Shown: piece by piece, positions 8,707-18,089 of the stretch
Layout of the letters: the number at the start of each line of letters is the position of its first letter
Position numbering within the stretch: the stretch's first letter is position 1
Assembly (NCBI GenBank): GCA_020632515.1
Contig: JACKFK010000011.1
Coordinates: 1,284 to 65,283 of the forward strand
Direction of reading: 5' to 3'
DNA: 64,000 bases
Origin: Candidatus Omnitrophota bacterium
GTDB taxonomy: Bacteria; Omnitrophota; Gorgyraeia; Zapsychrales; Zapsychraceae
The notes under the pieces: model-generated
What the model was told of the DNA's origin: nothing
The model's database searches: none
The model's input: only the letters and a program-made list of their open reading frames with translations
Position numbers and translations under genes: made by a program

Positions 8707-9186
8707 ATGTTTGAATTAGAACAATATGGAATTGGTACAGGTGATAAGAAGAAGCATGAGGAGTTGGTTTACATGACAGCCCTCATCTATAATCTCCTTA
8801 ATAATGACATTACGTCATATCTTACCAAATATAATTTATCCCCTGGAAAGCTGAATATATTGGTTGCCATGCGTCATCATGGAGGCAATCAAGGTCTGGC
8901 ACAGATTGAGATTAGTCGCCATCTTATTGTTACTAAATCTAATATGACCAAGCATCTGGATAAACTTGAGAATGAAGGGATGATTACTCGATCTGCAAGA
9001 CCAGGAGATAAAAGAGTTAAGATTATTAAAATCACTAAAAAGGCAGAAGAATTATTAGATGCAATGTGGGATGAATATAATCAAAGGTTGGAATCGCTGA
9101 CATCGAGATTAAGTAAGGAGAAAAAAATACAATTATCTGAATTACTTTTTGAATGGTTTGGTACGTTAATACCAGGGGATAAATAA
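8707..9186 (+). CDS. MarR-family transcriptional regulator (paralog 1)
   Basis: The winged-HTH core ISRHLIVTKSNMTKHLDKLENEGMITRSARPGDKRVKIIKITKKAEELL is present. The start is moved to the ATG behind the AGGAGAGG RBS, because the ORF-track start lies inside the promoter. Confidence 0.85.
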   Translation: MFELEQYGIGTGDKKKHEELVYMTALIYNLLNNDITSYLTKYNLSPGKLNILVAMRHHGGNQGLAQIEISRHLIVTKSNMTKHLDKLENEGMITRSARPGDKRVKIIKITKKAEELLDAMWDEYNQRLESLTSRLSKEKKIQLSELLFEWFGTLIPGDK

Positions 9187-9187
9187 A

Positions 9188-10177
9188 ATGGTAAAACTTT
9201 TTAACAATTCTAAATATTTAGTTAGCAGTTGGTATGCTTTGATTCCTTCTAAGAAATTAAAAAAAAGAGAAGCTCAATCATTCAAACTTTTTGACAGGAA
9301 AATTGCACTTTATCGAGGTGATGATAACACGGTTAGAGCTCTCAATGCCAGATGCCCTCATTTGGGAACCGATCTAGGTCAAGGGTGTGTTGTTGGAAAT
9401 CAGTTACAATGTGCTTTTCATCACTGGAAGTTTGGTGACGATGGAAGCTGTACGCATATTCCTAATTCGGATGATATTCCTAAATTCGCAAAAACATTTT
9501 CATACCCATGCCAGGAGAAATTTGGTTTTATTTGGATTTTTAATGGAGAAAATCCAACATTCGATTTGCCTACCTTTGAGGAGTGGAAAATGGAGGAGTT
9601 GGAATGCATCGCTTTACCTGCTTCAAAATTAAATTGCCATCCACATCTCATTTCTAGTAATGGATTAGACATTGAACATATGAAAGCATTGCACAACATG
9701 GAATTTGTAGAAGAACCAGAGGTTGAGCAGTTTGATCATTATCGTATTCAAACAAGATTTAAGATTGCTGTTAAAGGTAATGGTTTTCGAGAGCGAATTA
9801 TAAAGGCAACATTAGGAAAAGAAGTTACGTTACATCTAACAACTTGGGGTGGAAACATGGCCGTTGGAGAGGCTATTCATAAAAACAATCCAGTTTTAAT
9901 TATTTTCGCCCATAATCCACAACTAGATGGAACCAGTGCTTGCCGTGGTTTTATTTTTCTTCCTAAACTTAATCGACTTGGTTTAAAAGTAAATTATCTC
10001 AAATTACCTCAAGTATTTGCAGCCTTACATTATATTCTTCATGCTGATCATGAAATATTAAACAATATAGAATTTCATCCTCGTCTTGTTGATAGTGATA
10101 GACCTATAAAACTCTTTATCGATCAAATAAACAAGATGGATTATTTTCCAAGAGAGGGAAGTAAGGAAGCTGTATGA
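9188..10177 (+). CDS. Rieske [2Fe-2S] non-heme-iron oxygenase, alpha-subunit-like
   Basis: Rieske motif C-P-H-x16-C-A-F-H (CPHLGTDL...CAFHHW), plus the mononuclear iron motif D-I-E-H-M-K-A-L-H (D-x2-H-x4-H). Confidence 0.8.
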   Translation: MVKLFNNSKYLVSSWYALIPSKKLKKREAQSFKLFDRKIALYRGDDNTVRALNARCPHLGTDLGQGCVVGNQLQCAFHHWKFGDDGSCTHIPNSDDIPKFAKTFSYPCQEKFGFIWIFNGENPTFDLPTFEEWKMEELECIALPASKLNCHPHLISSNGLDIEHMKALHNMEFVEEPEVEQFDHYRIQTRFKIAVKGNGFRERIIKATLGKEVTLHLTTWGGNMAVGEAIHKNNPVLIIFAHNPQLDGTSACRGFIFLPKLNRLGLKVNYLKLPQVFAALHYILHADHEILNNIEFHPRLVDSDRPIKLFIDQINKMDYFPREGSKEAV

Positions 10178-11538
10178 AAATTGCATTAATGGCACCAGCA
10201 GGTGCAATGCATAGATATAAGGGGAGTTTTGCCAAAGCACTTCATTATTCTCCTTTAACATTAACAACCTTGGCTGCATTAGTCCCACCTGAATTGGATG
10301 CAGAAATTGAAATCTATGATGAGACTGTTGAGTTTCTTCCAAAGAATCCAGATGCAGATTTAATTGGTATGACAGTTATTACAGGAACGAGTCAGCGTGC
10401 GTATGAATGGGCTGGGTACTATAGAAGTTTGGGTAAAACGGTTATTTTAGGGGGAGTTCATCCATCGTTTGTTCCGAATGAAGCTAAAGAACACGCAGAT
10501 GCGGTTGTTGTAGGTGCTGCAGAACAAACTTTTCCAGAGTTATTGATGGATTATAAAAAAGGGCAACTCAAACCATTTTATCATCAAGGCAGTAATTTTA
10601 CACTTGTAGGAAGACCGCAACCACGAAGAGATTTATTAAAAAAAGACAGATATATTACGACGAATACTATTGAAGCGACAAAAGGATGTATACATTCATG
10701 TCGATTTTGTGTAACACCAGCAATGACAGGTCAAAATGTTTCAACTCGACCTGTCAAAGAGGTGATTGCCGAGATTGAACAGTTACCAGGCAAAGAAATG
10801 GTTTTTGTTGATGTCAATTTAATAGCAAATCCTGGGTATGCTAAAGAATTATTTAGGGAGCTCATTCCTTTGAAGAAAATGTGGTTTGGTTTAGTGACTG
10901 TCAATATTGGTAAGAATAAGGAGTTATTTGATTTAATGGTTAAAAGTGGGTGCCGTGGAGTATTAATTGGATTTGAAGCTATCACATCCGATTCACTTAA
11001 AAGTATTGATAAAGGTTTTAATAGAGTCAGTGAATATGAATTGTTGGTCAAGAAATTACATGATGCAGGAATCATTATTAACGGAACTTTTGTACTTGGG
11101 ACGGATGGTGATGATAATTCAGTTTTTTCAAGAACATTTAATATGATCCAAAAACTTAAAATAGATCTACCAAGATTTTCTGTGATGACACCATTTCCAG
11201 GAACACCATTATATCGATCGTTAGAACAAGCAGGACGTATCATTGATCGTAATTGGGCAAATTATGATGTAGAGCATTGTGTTATTCAACCAAATCAAAT
11301 GACACCAGAAGAATTAGAAAAAGGATTAGAGTGGACTTGGAAGCAAACATATAAGTACTCATCAATTCTTCAAAGAATTGCGGGAATTAATTCTAGATTG
11401 ATGTTAAACGTTCCTGTTAATCTCGGTTATCGACAGTATGCCACCAAATTACCAAAGTTTCCTAAAGAAGTCATGATGGATAATTCGGATGTACCATATT
11501 ATGAAAAAAATAACATTTATATACCCAGCAGTAGGTAA
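10174..11538 (+). CDS. B12-binding-domain radical SAM enzyme (class B type)
   Basis: N-terminal Rossmann-like cobalamin-domain pattern (DLIGMTV...VILGGVHPS). Radical SAM cluster motif C-IHS-C-RF-C. ATGA start/stop overlap with the Rieske gene. Confidence 0.8.
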   Translation: MKIALMAPAGAMHRYKGSFAKALHYSPLTLTTLAALVPPELDAEIEIYDETVEFLPKNPDADLIGMTVITGTSQRAYEWAGYYRSLGKTVILGGVHPSFVPNEAKEHADAVVVGAAEQTFPELLMDYKKGQLKPFYHQGSNFTLVGRPQPRRDLLKKDRYITTNTIEATKGCIHSCRFCVTPAMTGQNVSTRPVKEVIAEIEQLPGKEMVFVDVNLIANPGYAKELFRELIPLKKMWFGLVTVNIGKNKELFDLMVKSGCRGVLIGFEAITSDSLKSIDKGFNRVSEYELLVKKLHDAGIIINGTFVLGTDGDDNSVFSRTFNMIQKLKIDLPRFSVMTPFPGTPLYRSLEQAGRIIDRNWANYDVEHCVIQPNQMTPEELEKGLEWTWKQTYKYSSILQRIAGINSRLMLNVPVNLGYRQYATKLPKFPKEVMMDNSDVPYYEKNNIYIPSSR

Positions 11539-12838
11539 AAAGCCAGGCACTAAGTATATTAGGACGTGGAAGATGGAACCTCTACCAATTGCAGCTTTGG
11601 CGTCGTTAACTCCTGATGATATTGAAACGGAATTCTTCGACGATCGATTAGAGCTTATTGATTACGAAACAGAAACGGATTTGGTCGCAATCACAGCGGA
11701 AACATATACTGCTATGAGAGCTTATGATATTGCCGATAAGTTTCGCAAAAGAGGTATTAAAGTAGTATTGGGAGGCTATCATCCAACACATTTACCAGAA
11801 GAGTCTGGAAAATATGCGGATAGTGTTGTCATAGGAAATGCAGAGAGTGTGTGGGAGCAGTTACTTAAAGATGCGAATAACGGTGGGCTTAAAAAAGTAT
11901 ACAAAGGAGTAGTAGGAGAATTCTCTGGATTACCAAATCGTGATATTTTTAAAGGGAAAAATTATGTAAAGCTCGGGTTAGTTGAAACAGGACGTGGGTG
12001 TCCTTTTAAATGTGAGTTTTGTCATATAACAACATATTATAATGCTAAATATTATTCTAGACCAATAAAGGATGTTGTTGAAGATATCAAACGTTCAGGA
12101 AAAAAATTATTCTTTTTTTGTGATGATAATTTTGTGGCTAATCCAAAGTATACAATTGAGTTATGCAAAGAGTTAGTAAAATTAAATATCAAATTTTCTG
12201 GGCAAGGAACCATTACAATGGCAAAAAATAAAGAACTGTTGTATTGGTTGAAAAAGGCTGGATGTGTACTGTTATTGATCGGCTTTGAATCTATGGAAGA
12301 TGAGAATCTAAAAAGAGTCAATAAGGATTGGATGAGTGAAGTTGGAGATCGAGGAGAGTTAGTTGATAATATTCATCGAGCAGGAATCAGTATCTATGCA
12401 ACGTTCATTTTTGGATTAGATCATGATACACAAGATACTTTTAAAAAAGCTATTGATTTTGCCCATGAAAAAGGATTTTATTATACCGCGTTTAATCATT
12501 TATTACCTTTTCCAGAAACGCCATTATACAGGCGGTTAGATAAAGAAAATCGATTGATTAATCGACACTGGTGGCTAGATAGGAATTATAAGTATGGGGA
12601 TATTGCGTATCAACCGATAAATATGACACCCCAGCAATTAACAGAAGGTTGCCTTAGTGCACGAAGAAAGTTTTTCTGTTATTCATCTATATTTAAAAGA
12701 GCTATTCGTCTTTTGAAAAGAAATCCTTCGTTATCGTTTCTTTACGTATTTTTACATTCAAATTTAAATTTAAAAGATGAAGTGGAAGGGAAATATAGTC
12801 TTCCCCTTGGGAGTGGTCTTGATGAATTGCCTAAGTAA
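11501..12838 (+). CDS. B12-binding-domain radical SAM enzyme (paralog of the previous gene)
   Basis: DLVAITA...VVLGGYHPT cobalamin-domain pattern and a C-PFK-C-EF-C cluster motif. Same architecture as 10174-11538. The start is ambiguous (11489 or 11501). Confidence 0.8.
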   Translation: MKKITFIYPAVGKKPGTKYIRTWKMEPLPIAALASLTPDDIETEFFDDRLELIDYETETDLVAITAETYTAMRAYDIADKFRKRGIKVVLGGYHPTHLPEESGKYADSVVIGNAESVWEQLLKDANNGGLKKVYKGVVGEFSGLPNRDIFKGKNYVKLGLVETGRGCPFKCEFCHITTYYNAKYYSRPIKDVVEDIKRSGKKLFFFCDDNFVANPKYTIELCKELVKLNIKFSGQGTITMAKNKELLYWLKKAGCVLLLIGFESMEDENLKRVNKDWMSEVGDRGELVDNIHRAGISIYATFIFGLDHDTQDTFKKAIDFAHEKGFYYTAFNHLLPFPETPLYRRLDKENRLINRHWWLDRNYKYGDIAYQPINMTPQQLTEGCLSARRKFFCYSSIFKRAIRLLKRNPSLSFLYVFLHSNLNLKDEVEGKYSLPLGSGLDELPK

Positions 12839-13931
12839 CAGATTTATAATAGAACCTGCTAAAGCATCAGATGGTCTTGAAATGCTTCAGTTATTAGAGC
12901 AAACGCCTTTTGAGGGCAAGGTGTCGTTATTATATACACGTCGACCAGATGCCTATCAATCTTTTCTATATGAGGGAAGAAATATGGAAGTATCTGTTTG
13001 CAGAGATCTTCAAGAAGGAAAGATTATTGCTATAGGGGCATATGTTATTCAAGTTGTTTATATCAACAATAAAGAGGAGCAGGTGGCGTATATATTTGGA
13101 TTGAAAGGGTATTCTGATTATTTAAAGTCACATCCTTTGTTGCATAGGTTTTATGCCTATCTGGAGGAGAATCTTAAAAGGAATAATATACGGTTTTGTT
13201 ATACGACTATTTTGGAAAGTAACCATTATGCACAAAGGTTATTGGAAAAGAAGAGAAGAATTATGCCACATTATGAAAAATTTGGGAGGTATGAAACATT
13301 TGCAATAAGGAATACATCAAGAAGAAAGAAACATAACGGTTATGTCTTTACGAAAGCCTCTAAAGAAGATCTTCCAGAAATGGTTCGATTCTTGAATCAA
13401 GAAGGATCTAAGTGTCAGTTCTTTCCTGTAGTTAAATTAGACGATATTTTAAGTGAAACATTTAAAGGGATAAATACTGATAGTTTTTATATTGTTAAGC
13501 AAGATGACAAAATTATAGCTGCGGGTGCTATTTGGGATCAGGGAGATTATAAACAATATATTGTTCAGCAATACTCAGGTTTCTTAAGAATCTTTAATAA
13601 GTTGCAACTATTGTCTGCACTATTTCAAATACCGTCTCTTCCTGATCCAGGACAAGCATTAAAATTTTATACATTGTCTCGCTGGGCTATTAAAGATAAT
13701 GATAAAACGATCTTCAATGTTTTCATGGATAATTTGAAAGATCATACCCAAGATTATCCATTTATGCTCATTGGAGTTCATGAAAGTCATCCTTTGAGAA
13801 ATGAGTTAATGAATCGTAAGCATATAAAATATAGTAGCAATGTCTATCTTGTTGATTGGGTTAAGAAGATAAGTCCCCTAACATTACTTAATACAGAGAT
13901 GTCATCTTATATTGAATGCGGAGCCTTATGA
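12822..13931 (+). CDS. Hypothetical protein, acyltransferase-like (tentative GNAT/FemAB-like fold)
   Basis: About 370 aa in two halves. Only the N-terminal half shows an acetyltransferase-like sequence segment (IIAIGAYVIQVVYINNKEE...AYIFGLKG). No named motif is recognised. The start is ambiguous (12777 or 12822). Confidence 0.35.
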   Translation: MNCLSNRFIIEPAKASDGLEMLQLLEQTPFEGKVSLLYTRRPDAYQSFLYEGRNMEVSVCRDLQEGKIIAIGAYVIQVVYINNKEEQVAYIFGLKGYSDYLKSHPLLHRFYAYLEENLKRNNIRFCYTTILESNHYAQRLLEKKRRIMPHYEKFGRYETFAIRNTSRRKKHNGYVFTKASKEDLPEMVRFLNQEGSKCQFFPVVKLDDILSETFKGINTDSFYIVKQDDKIIAAGAIWDQGDYKQYIVQQYSGFLRIFNKLQLLSALFQIPSLPDPGQALKFYTLSRWAIKDNDKTIFNVFMDNLKDHTQDYPFMLIGVHESHPLRNELMNRKHIKYSSNVYLVDWVKKISPLTLLNTEMSSYIECGAL

Positions 13932-14647
13932 TGCTGAGTAATCGAATAGTAAGAATTTATGAACTATCGCAATCTGAAATTGAGGTGATGTATCAATTGA
14001 TGAAGCAATATTACGATAATATTTTTCGAGATAAGTTTCTAAAGGATTTAAAAGAGAAGGAAGGCGTGCTCTTGGTACTTGATGGAAATCAAAATATATG
14101 TGGTTTCACGACGTATGATCTGTATCAAACAAATTTTCAGAACGAATGCATTAATGTTTTATATTCAGGAGATACGGTCATCAGGAAAGAATATTGGGGG
14201 CAAGTGAATACCAGTAAAATGTTTATGTCTTTGTTAATGAAGTGTAAAGAGGAATGCAATGGATTGTTATTCTGGTTTTTGATCACTAAAGGAATTCGAA
14301 CGTATCGTCTCCTACCGTTGTTTTTCAAAAATTACTATCCCAGTTATCACGTCGCTACACCCGAATATGAAAAAAATATCATTAAACATTTAGCAAGGTT
14401 GCAGTTTAAAGAATACTACATAATGGCTGAAGGAGTTATTCGGTTTGAAAAGGGAAGTGATTGTCTTAAAAATGAATTCTGCCATATAGATAAAAATAAG
14501 AAAATAAATCCACACATACAATATTTTCTCAAGGTTAATCCTGGGTATATTTCTGGTGACAATCTCCCGTGTATTGCCGAGATTGATTTAGATAATTTTA
14601 CTAATAGGGCTCTTAAGTTTATAGATAACGTTGTTGTTAAGGTTTAA
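13928..14647 (+). CDS. Hypothetical protein, possibly an acyltransferase
   Basis: The ATGA overlap with the upstream stop supports co-translation. Sequence ICGFTTYDLY...YSGDTVIRKEYWGQ...LITKGIRTYRLL. I cannot assign a family by eye. Confidence 0.3.
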   Translation: MMLSNRIVRIYELSQSEIEVMYQLMKQYYDNIFRDKFLKDLKEKEGVLLVLDGNQNICGFTTYDLYQTNFQNECINVLYSGDTVIRKEYWGQVNTSKMFMSLLMKCKEECNGLLFWFLITKGIRTYRLLPLFFKNYYPSYHVATPEYEKNIIKHLARLQFKEYYIMAEGVIRFEKGSDCLKNEFCHIDKNKKINPHIQYFLKVNPGYISGDNLPCIAEIDLDNFTNRALKFIDNVVVKV

Positions 14648-14649
14648 TT

Positions 14650-16260
14650 ATGAAGATAAATAGTCTAATGATAAATAAATTATGGCACATGAGTTGTATG
14701 CCTAAATATAAGTATTTCTTAACTAACATGGAGTATGCACGGAATGAACAAATAAAAATTCTATTAGAATTGATTAGGAAAAATGAAGACACTGTCTTTG
14801 GTAGAGAGCATAAATTTAAAGAAATAAACAATTATGATATGTATCAAAAGAATATACCTCTCATGAACTCTGATGAATATTTACCCTTTATGGATAAAAT
14901 TAGGAATGGTGAGAATAGCGTATTAACAAAAGAGAACGTTTTTTTATTAGAGCCTACAGGTGGTAGTAGTGGTGGAACAAAGCTTATTCCGTATACTTCT
15001 TCTTTGAGGAGAGAGTTTTTATTAGCTATCTGTCCGTGGGTGGTAAATATGATGAATAATTATCCAGGTCTTATGAAAGGGAGAAGTTATTGGACGATAA
15101 CACCTAAAATATCTAAAGAGGACGATGGAGAGAGTGAGATTCCAATCGGCTTTGATGATGATTTCGAATATTTTGGATCAATAGGAAAAATTCTTAGATT
15201 TAATTCTGTTATACCAAGCAAAATTAACGAATTGACTGAAATAAATCGTTTTAAACACATCACATCTTGTTGTTTATTATCTGCGAATGATCTCTCCTTT
15301 ATTTCCATCTGGAATCCATCGTTATTTTCTTTGTTCATAGATCATATTGAAAATTCAACACCTCAGCTCATAAAGGATATTCATGATGGAATAAAGGGTT
15401 TTGTTGAGTCTTCTCCTCAAAGAGCGAAAGAGATTGAAGAGTGTATGAAGTTAGACTTTTCACAGCGATATGAAGCCATTTGGAAGGAGCTATCTCTAAT
15501 TTCTTGTTGGATGGATGGAGCATCGAGCGTCCATGCTAACAGGTTGAAAGATTGTTTTCCTAATGTTCAATTTCAGAATAAAGGCTTATTAGCAACTGAA
15601 GGAGTTATTACAATTCCCTGGAAGGAATCTGGAGGAAACGTACCAGCTTATACATCTCACTTTTTTGAGTTTATTAATAAAAGTGGTTCTTTTAAATTGA
15701 TTGATGAGTTAAAAGAGCAAGAAGAATATACTGTTGTTATTACTACTGGATCTGGATTGTATCGGTATAATATGGGAGATAGGGTGAAAGTTGAGAGTTT
15801 TTATAATGGTTTACCTGTTCTTAAATTTATTGGGCGAGAAAAGCTATCAGATTTGGTAGGAGAGAAATTAGACGATGTATTTGTTTCACGGGCGATAGAG
15901 AATACAATAAAGGAAATGGGCATTGAAAGTGATTTCGTAATGTTAGCTCCTGAGATTAAGAGCAATGGAGGTCAGTATATTTTGTATATTCATTTAAACG
16001 GAAATAGTGAAAAATATAATTTATTGGATCTTAGAAGTAAATTGGAATTACGTTTGATGGATAATTTTCATTATAGACATGCTTTGGAGGTAGAGCAGTT
16101 AACACCTCTAAAGATATTCTTGATCAATAATGATGCTAAAAATGTTTATACTAATCGGTGTATTAGCGAAGGACAAAAATTAGGTGATGTAAAGTCTGCC
16201 TATTTAGATAATCGCCATGGATGGATAGATTATTTTCAAGGGGAGTTATTAAATATATAA
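14650..16260 (+). CDS. GH3-family acyl-acid amido synthetase (adenylating enzyme)
   Basis: LEPTGGSSGGTKLIPYT (GH3 nucleotide-binding motif) and GLYRYNMGDRVKV (GH3 motif 3-like). The length (536 aa) is typical of the family. Confidence 0.75.
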   Translation: MKINSLMINKLWHMSCMPKYKYFLTNMEYARNEQIKILLELIRKNEDTVFGREHKFKEINNYDMYQKNIPLMNSDEYLPFMDKIRNGENSVLTKENVFLLEPTGGSSGGTKLIPYTSSLRREFLLAICPWVVNMMNNYPGLMKGRSYWTITPKISKEDDGESEIPIGFDDDFEYFGSIGKILRFNSVIPSKINELTEINRFKHITSCCLLSANDLSFISIWNPSLFSLFIDHIENSTPQLIKDIHDGIKGFVESSPQRAKEIEECMKLDFSQRYEAIWKELSLISCWMDGASSVHANRLKDCFPNVQFQNKGLLATEGVITIPWKESGGNVPAYTSHFFEFINKSGSFKLIDELKEQEEYTVVITTGSGLYRYNMGDRVKVESFYNGLPVLKFIGREKLSDLVGEKLDDVFVSRAIENTIKEMGIESDFVMLAPEIKSNGGQYILYIHLNGNSEKYNLLDLRSKLELRLMDNFHYRHALEVEQLTPLKIFLINNDAKNVYTNRCISEGQKLGDVKSAYLDNRHGWIDYFQGELLNI

Positions 16261-16298
16261 TAAGTTTATCGTTGTAACCTTAACCAAGGGAGGAAGTG

Positions 16299-16913
16299 AT
16301 GAAAGAGAATGTAATTAAAAGAGTTTTGTACTTAGGCATATTATTAATACTGGGGTTTGTTTTTATTACGCCAAGTTTTGCTCAGGTTGATAGTGCAAGA
16401 GAAAAGGATCATCAAGAAATACGCCAATTACTTGCGGATGTAACTAATGCTATCAATACCGAAGACACAGATAATATTAGTAGCTTTTTTACAAAAGAAT
16501 ATATATACGTGGGTGCCGATCAATCAGTCATTACTCATCGGAAAGAATTTTTAGAGTATTATAATAAATTATTAGGTGGAGAAGATGCACTTCTTAAATC
16601 TCTTAATTTTAAACCAAAAGCATTAACGAAAACAAAATTTATTCAAGATAATGTTGGAATCGTTCATGGAGAGAGTGATGATACATATGTGTTAGCGAAT
16701 GGTCATAAAACAAACGTTCAATCAAAATGGTCAGCTACTCTTTTGAAAGAAGGTGGTAAGTGGAAAGTTGCATCGCTTCATAATGGAGTTAATTTTTATG
16801 ACAATCCAGAGATTGATAATTTTATTAATTTTTGGAAGATGATAGCTCTCGGGGCTTTAGTTGTCGGATTTATATTAGGATTTGTAGTTAAAGGAAAAGC
16901 AAAGTCAGCGTAG
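16299..16913 (+). CDS. Secreted, C-terminally anchored NTF2/SnoaL-like (DUF4440-like) protein
   Basis: Signal peptide ...ITPSFAQV. EIRQLLADVTNAINTEDTDNISSFFTKEY is typical of the SnoaL/DUF4440 N-terminus. C-terminal TM helix IALGALVVGFILGFVV. Confidence 0.5.
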   Translation: MKENVIKRVLYLGILLILGFVFITPSFAQVDSAREKDHQEIRQLLADVTNAINTEDTDNISSFFTKEYIYVGADQSVITHRKEFLEYYNKLLGGEDALLKSLNFKPKALTKTKFIQDNVGIVHGESDDTYVLANGHKTNVQSKWSATLLKEGGKWKVASLHNGVNFYDNPEIDNFINFWKMIALGALVVGFILGFVVKGKAKSA

Positions 16914-16921
16914 GTTATGCC

Positions 16922-17857
16922 ATGATTAAAGATGAAAAATACCCCATACCAGGAACATTGAATATTGTCATTTCGATTGTTCAGCTAACCTTATTATGTT
17001 CAATACTTATAGGTGTAAGTATGGTTCAGTCGTGGATGTCTATTTTCTGGTTGGCTATTTGCTACGGTATCGTGATGAATTCCAGCTATGCAATGGTTCA
17101 TGAAGCTGAGCATAATCTATTGCATCCTAATCGAAGAATTAATAATGCTTTTGGGGTAGTTCTGGCGCTTTTTTTTCCAGCTCCTTTTCACCTAATCCGC
17201 CAAGGGCACCTTGGTCATCATATGAGAAATCGTTCAGATGATGAGGCATTTGATATCTATTTTGAAGGAGACAATGTTGTCATAAAACAATTACAGTTTT
17301 ATGGAATTTTAACGGGTATGTTTTGGGTTATGATTCTGTTAAGCAATTTTATATCGGCATTCTATCCTCAAATGCTTTCTTCAAAATCAGTTTATAAGAA
17401 AAAGTTTGACCGACCTATGAATGCTTTGCTTGAGACATTAAATCCTAAATATCTCGTGCATATTCGATTAGAAGCGATGGCGATCTTTATATTGCATGGA
17501 AGTTTAATGTGGTTATTTCAAATGTCATTCTTGAAGTATATGGCTGTGATTTTTGGTTTTGGTTTTATGTGGTCTGCGATGCAGTATGTGCATCATTACG
17601 GAACAGAAAGAGATGTTCAAAAAGGGGCGTTGAATTTAAAGACATTTGCTTTATTAGATTTTATTTGGCTTAACCATAATTGGCATTTAAGACATCATTT
17701 AAATCCAACGATATCCTGGATATATTTACCTAAAATTTATGAGGGTAAAAAAGAGAGCCGAGATAATATGTTTGTGACTTATTTTAAAATGTGGAAGGGT
17801 GCTCAAAAGTCGGATGAGCATGTTATGAATCAATATTCAGGGAGAGTTATAAGATGA
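16922..17857 (+). CDS. Membrane fatty-acid desaturase family protein
   Basis: Three histidine boxes (HEAEH, HLGHH, HLRHH) separated by hydrophobic spans. Confidence 0.8.
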   Translation: MIKDEKYPIPGTLNIVISIVQLTLLCSILIGVSMVQSWMSIFWLAICYGIVMNSSYAMVHEAEHNLLHPNRRINNAFGVVLALFFPAPFHLIRQGHLGHHMRNRSDDEAFDIYFEGDNVVIKQLQFYGILTGMFWVMILLSNFISAFYPQMLSSKSVYKKKFDRPMNALLETLNPKYLVHIRLEAMAIFILHGSLMWLFQMSFLKYMAVIFGFGFMWSAMQYVHHYGTERDVQKGALNLKTFALLDFIWLNHNWHLRHHLNPTISWIYLPKIYEGKKESRDNMFVTYFKMWKGAQKSDEHVMNQYSGRVIR

Positions 17858-17861
17858 TCTT

Positions 17862-17884
17862 GGACAATATACGGACAATGGAAT
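17862..17884 (+). repeat. Right copy of the perfect 23-bp direct repeat, GGACAATATACGGACAATGGAAT
   Basis: Identical to 5911-5933. It begins 5 nt after the desaturase stop codon. Confidence 0.9.
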
Positions 17885-17988
17885 GTAAAAACTATATAGG
17901 GGTGAAATGTTGGATGGGAAGATATTTCGTGTAGATAATGGAGTCCTATGCTCTATAAGGTATAGTTAAATGTTTTCTGTTATGATTA

Positions 17989-18080
17989 TATACCCATTTG
18001 GGTATAATATAATTAAATATATGCCTTTTAGGGTATAATAATTTATAAAAATATTGAAATTATACCCGATAGGTGGTATA
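17989..18080 (+). promoter_or_regulatory. hipBST promoter/operator region with three TATACCC-N-GGGTATA type inverted repeats
   Basis: TATACCC-ATTT-GGGTATA (17989-18006, perfect), TATATGCC-TTTTA-GGGTATA (18018-18037) and TATACCC-GATAGGT-GGTATA (18061-18080). TATAAT boxes at 18003-18008 and 18034-18039 overlap the first two operators. Confidence 0.6.
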
Positions 18081-18089
18081 TTAAAAGCA

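Noticed and set aside
10731-11243. 170-aa minus-strand ORF; also 27912-28301 (-), 12052-12321 (-) and similar ORFs inside larger genes
   Set aside because: They lie fully inside well-supported + strand genes (radical SAM, nrfA and others) and have low-complexity translations and no ribosome-binding sites.
5911-17884. An intact prophage, ICE or transposon between the direct repeats
   Set aside because: No integrase, transposase, relaxase or phage structural genes are visible in any frame. At most it is an immobilised island or an ancient insertion.
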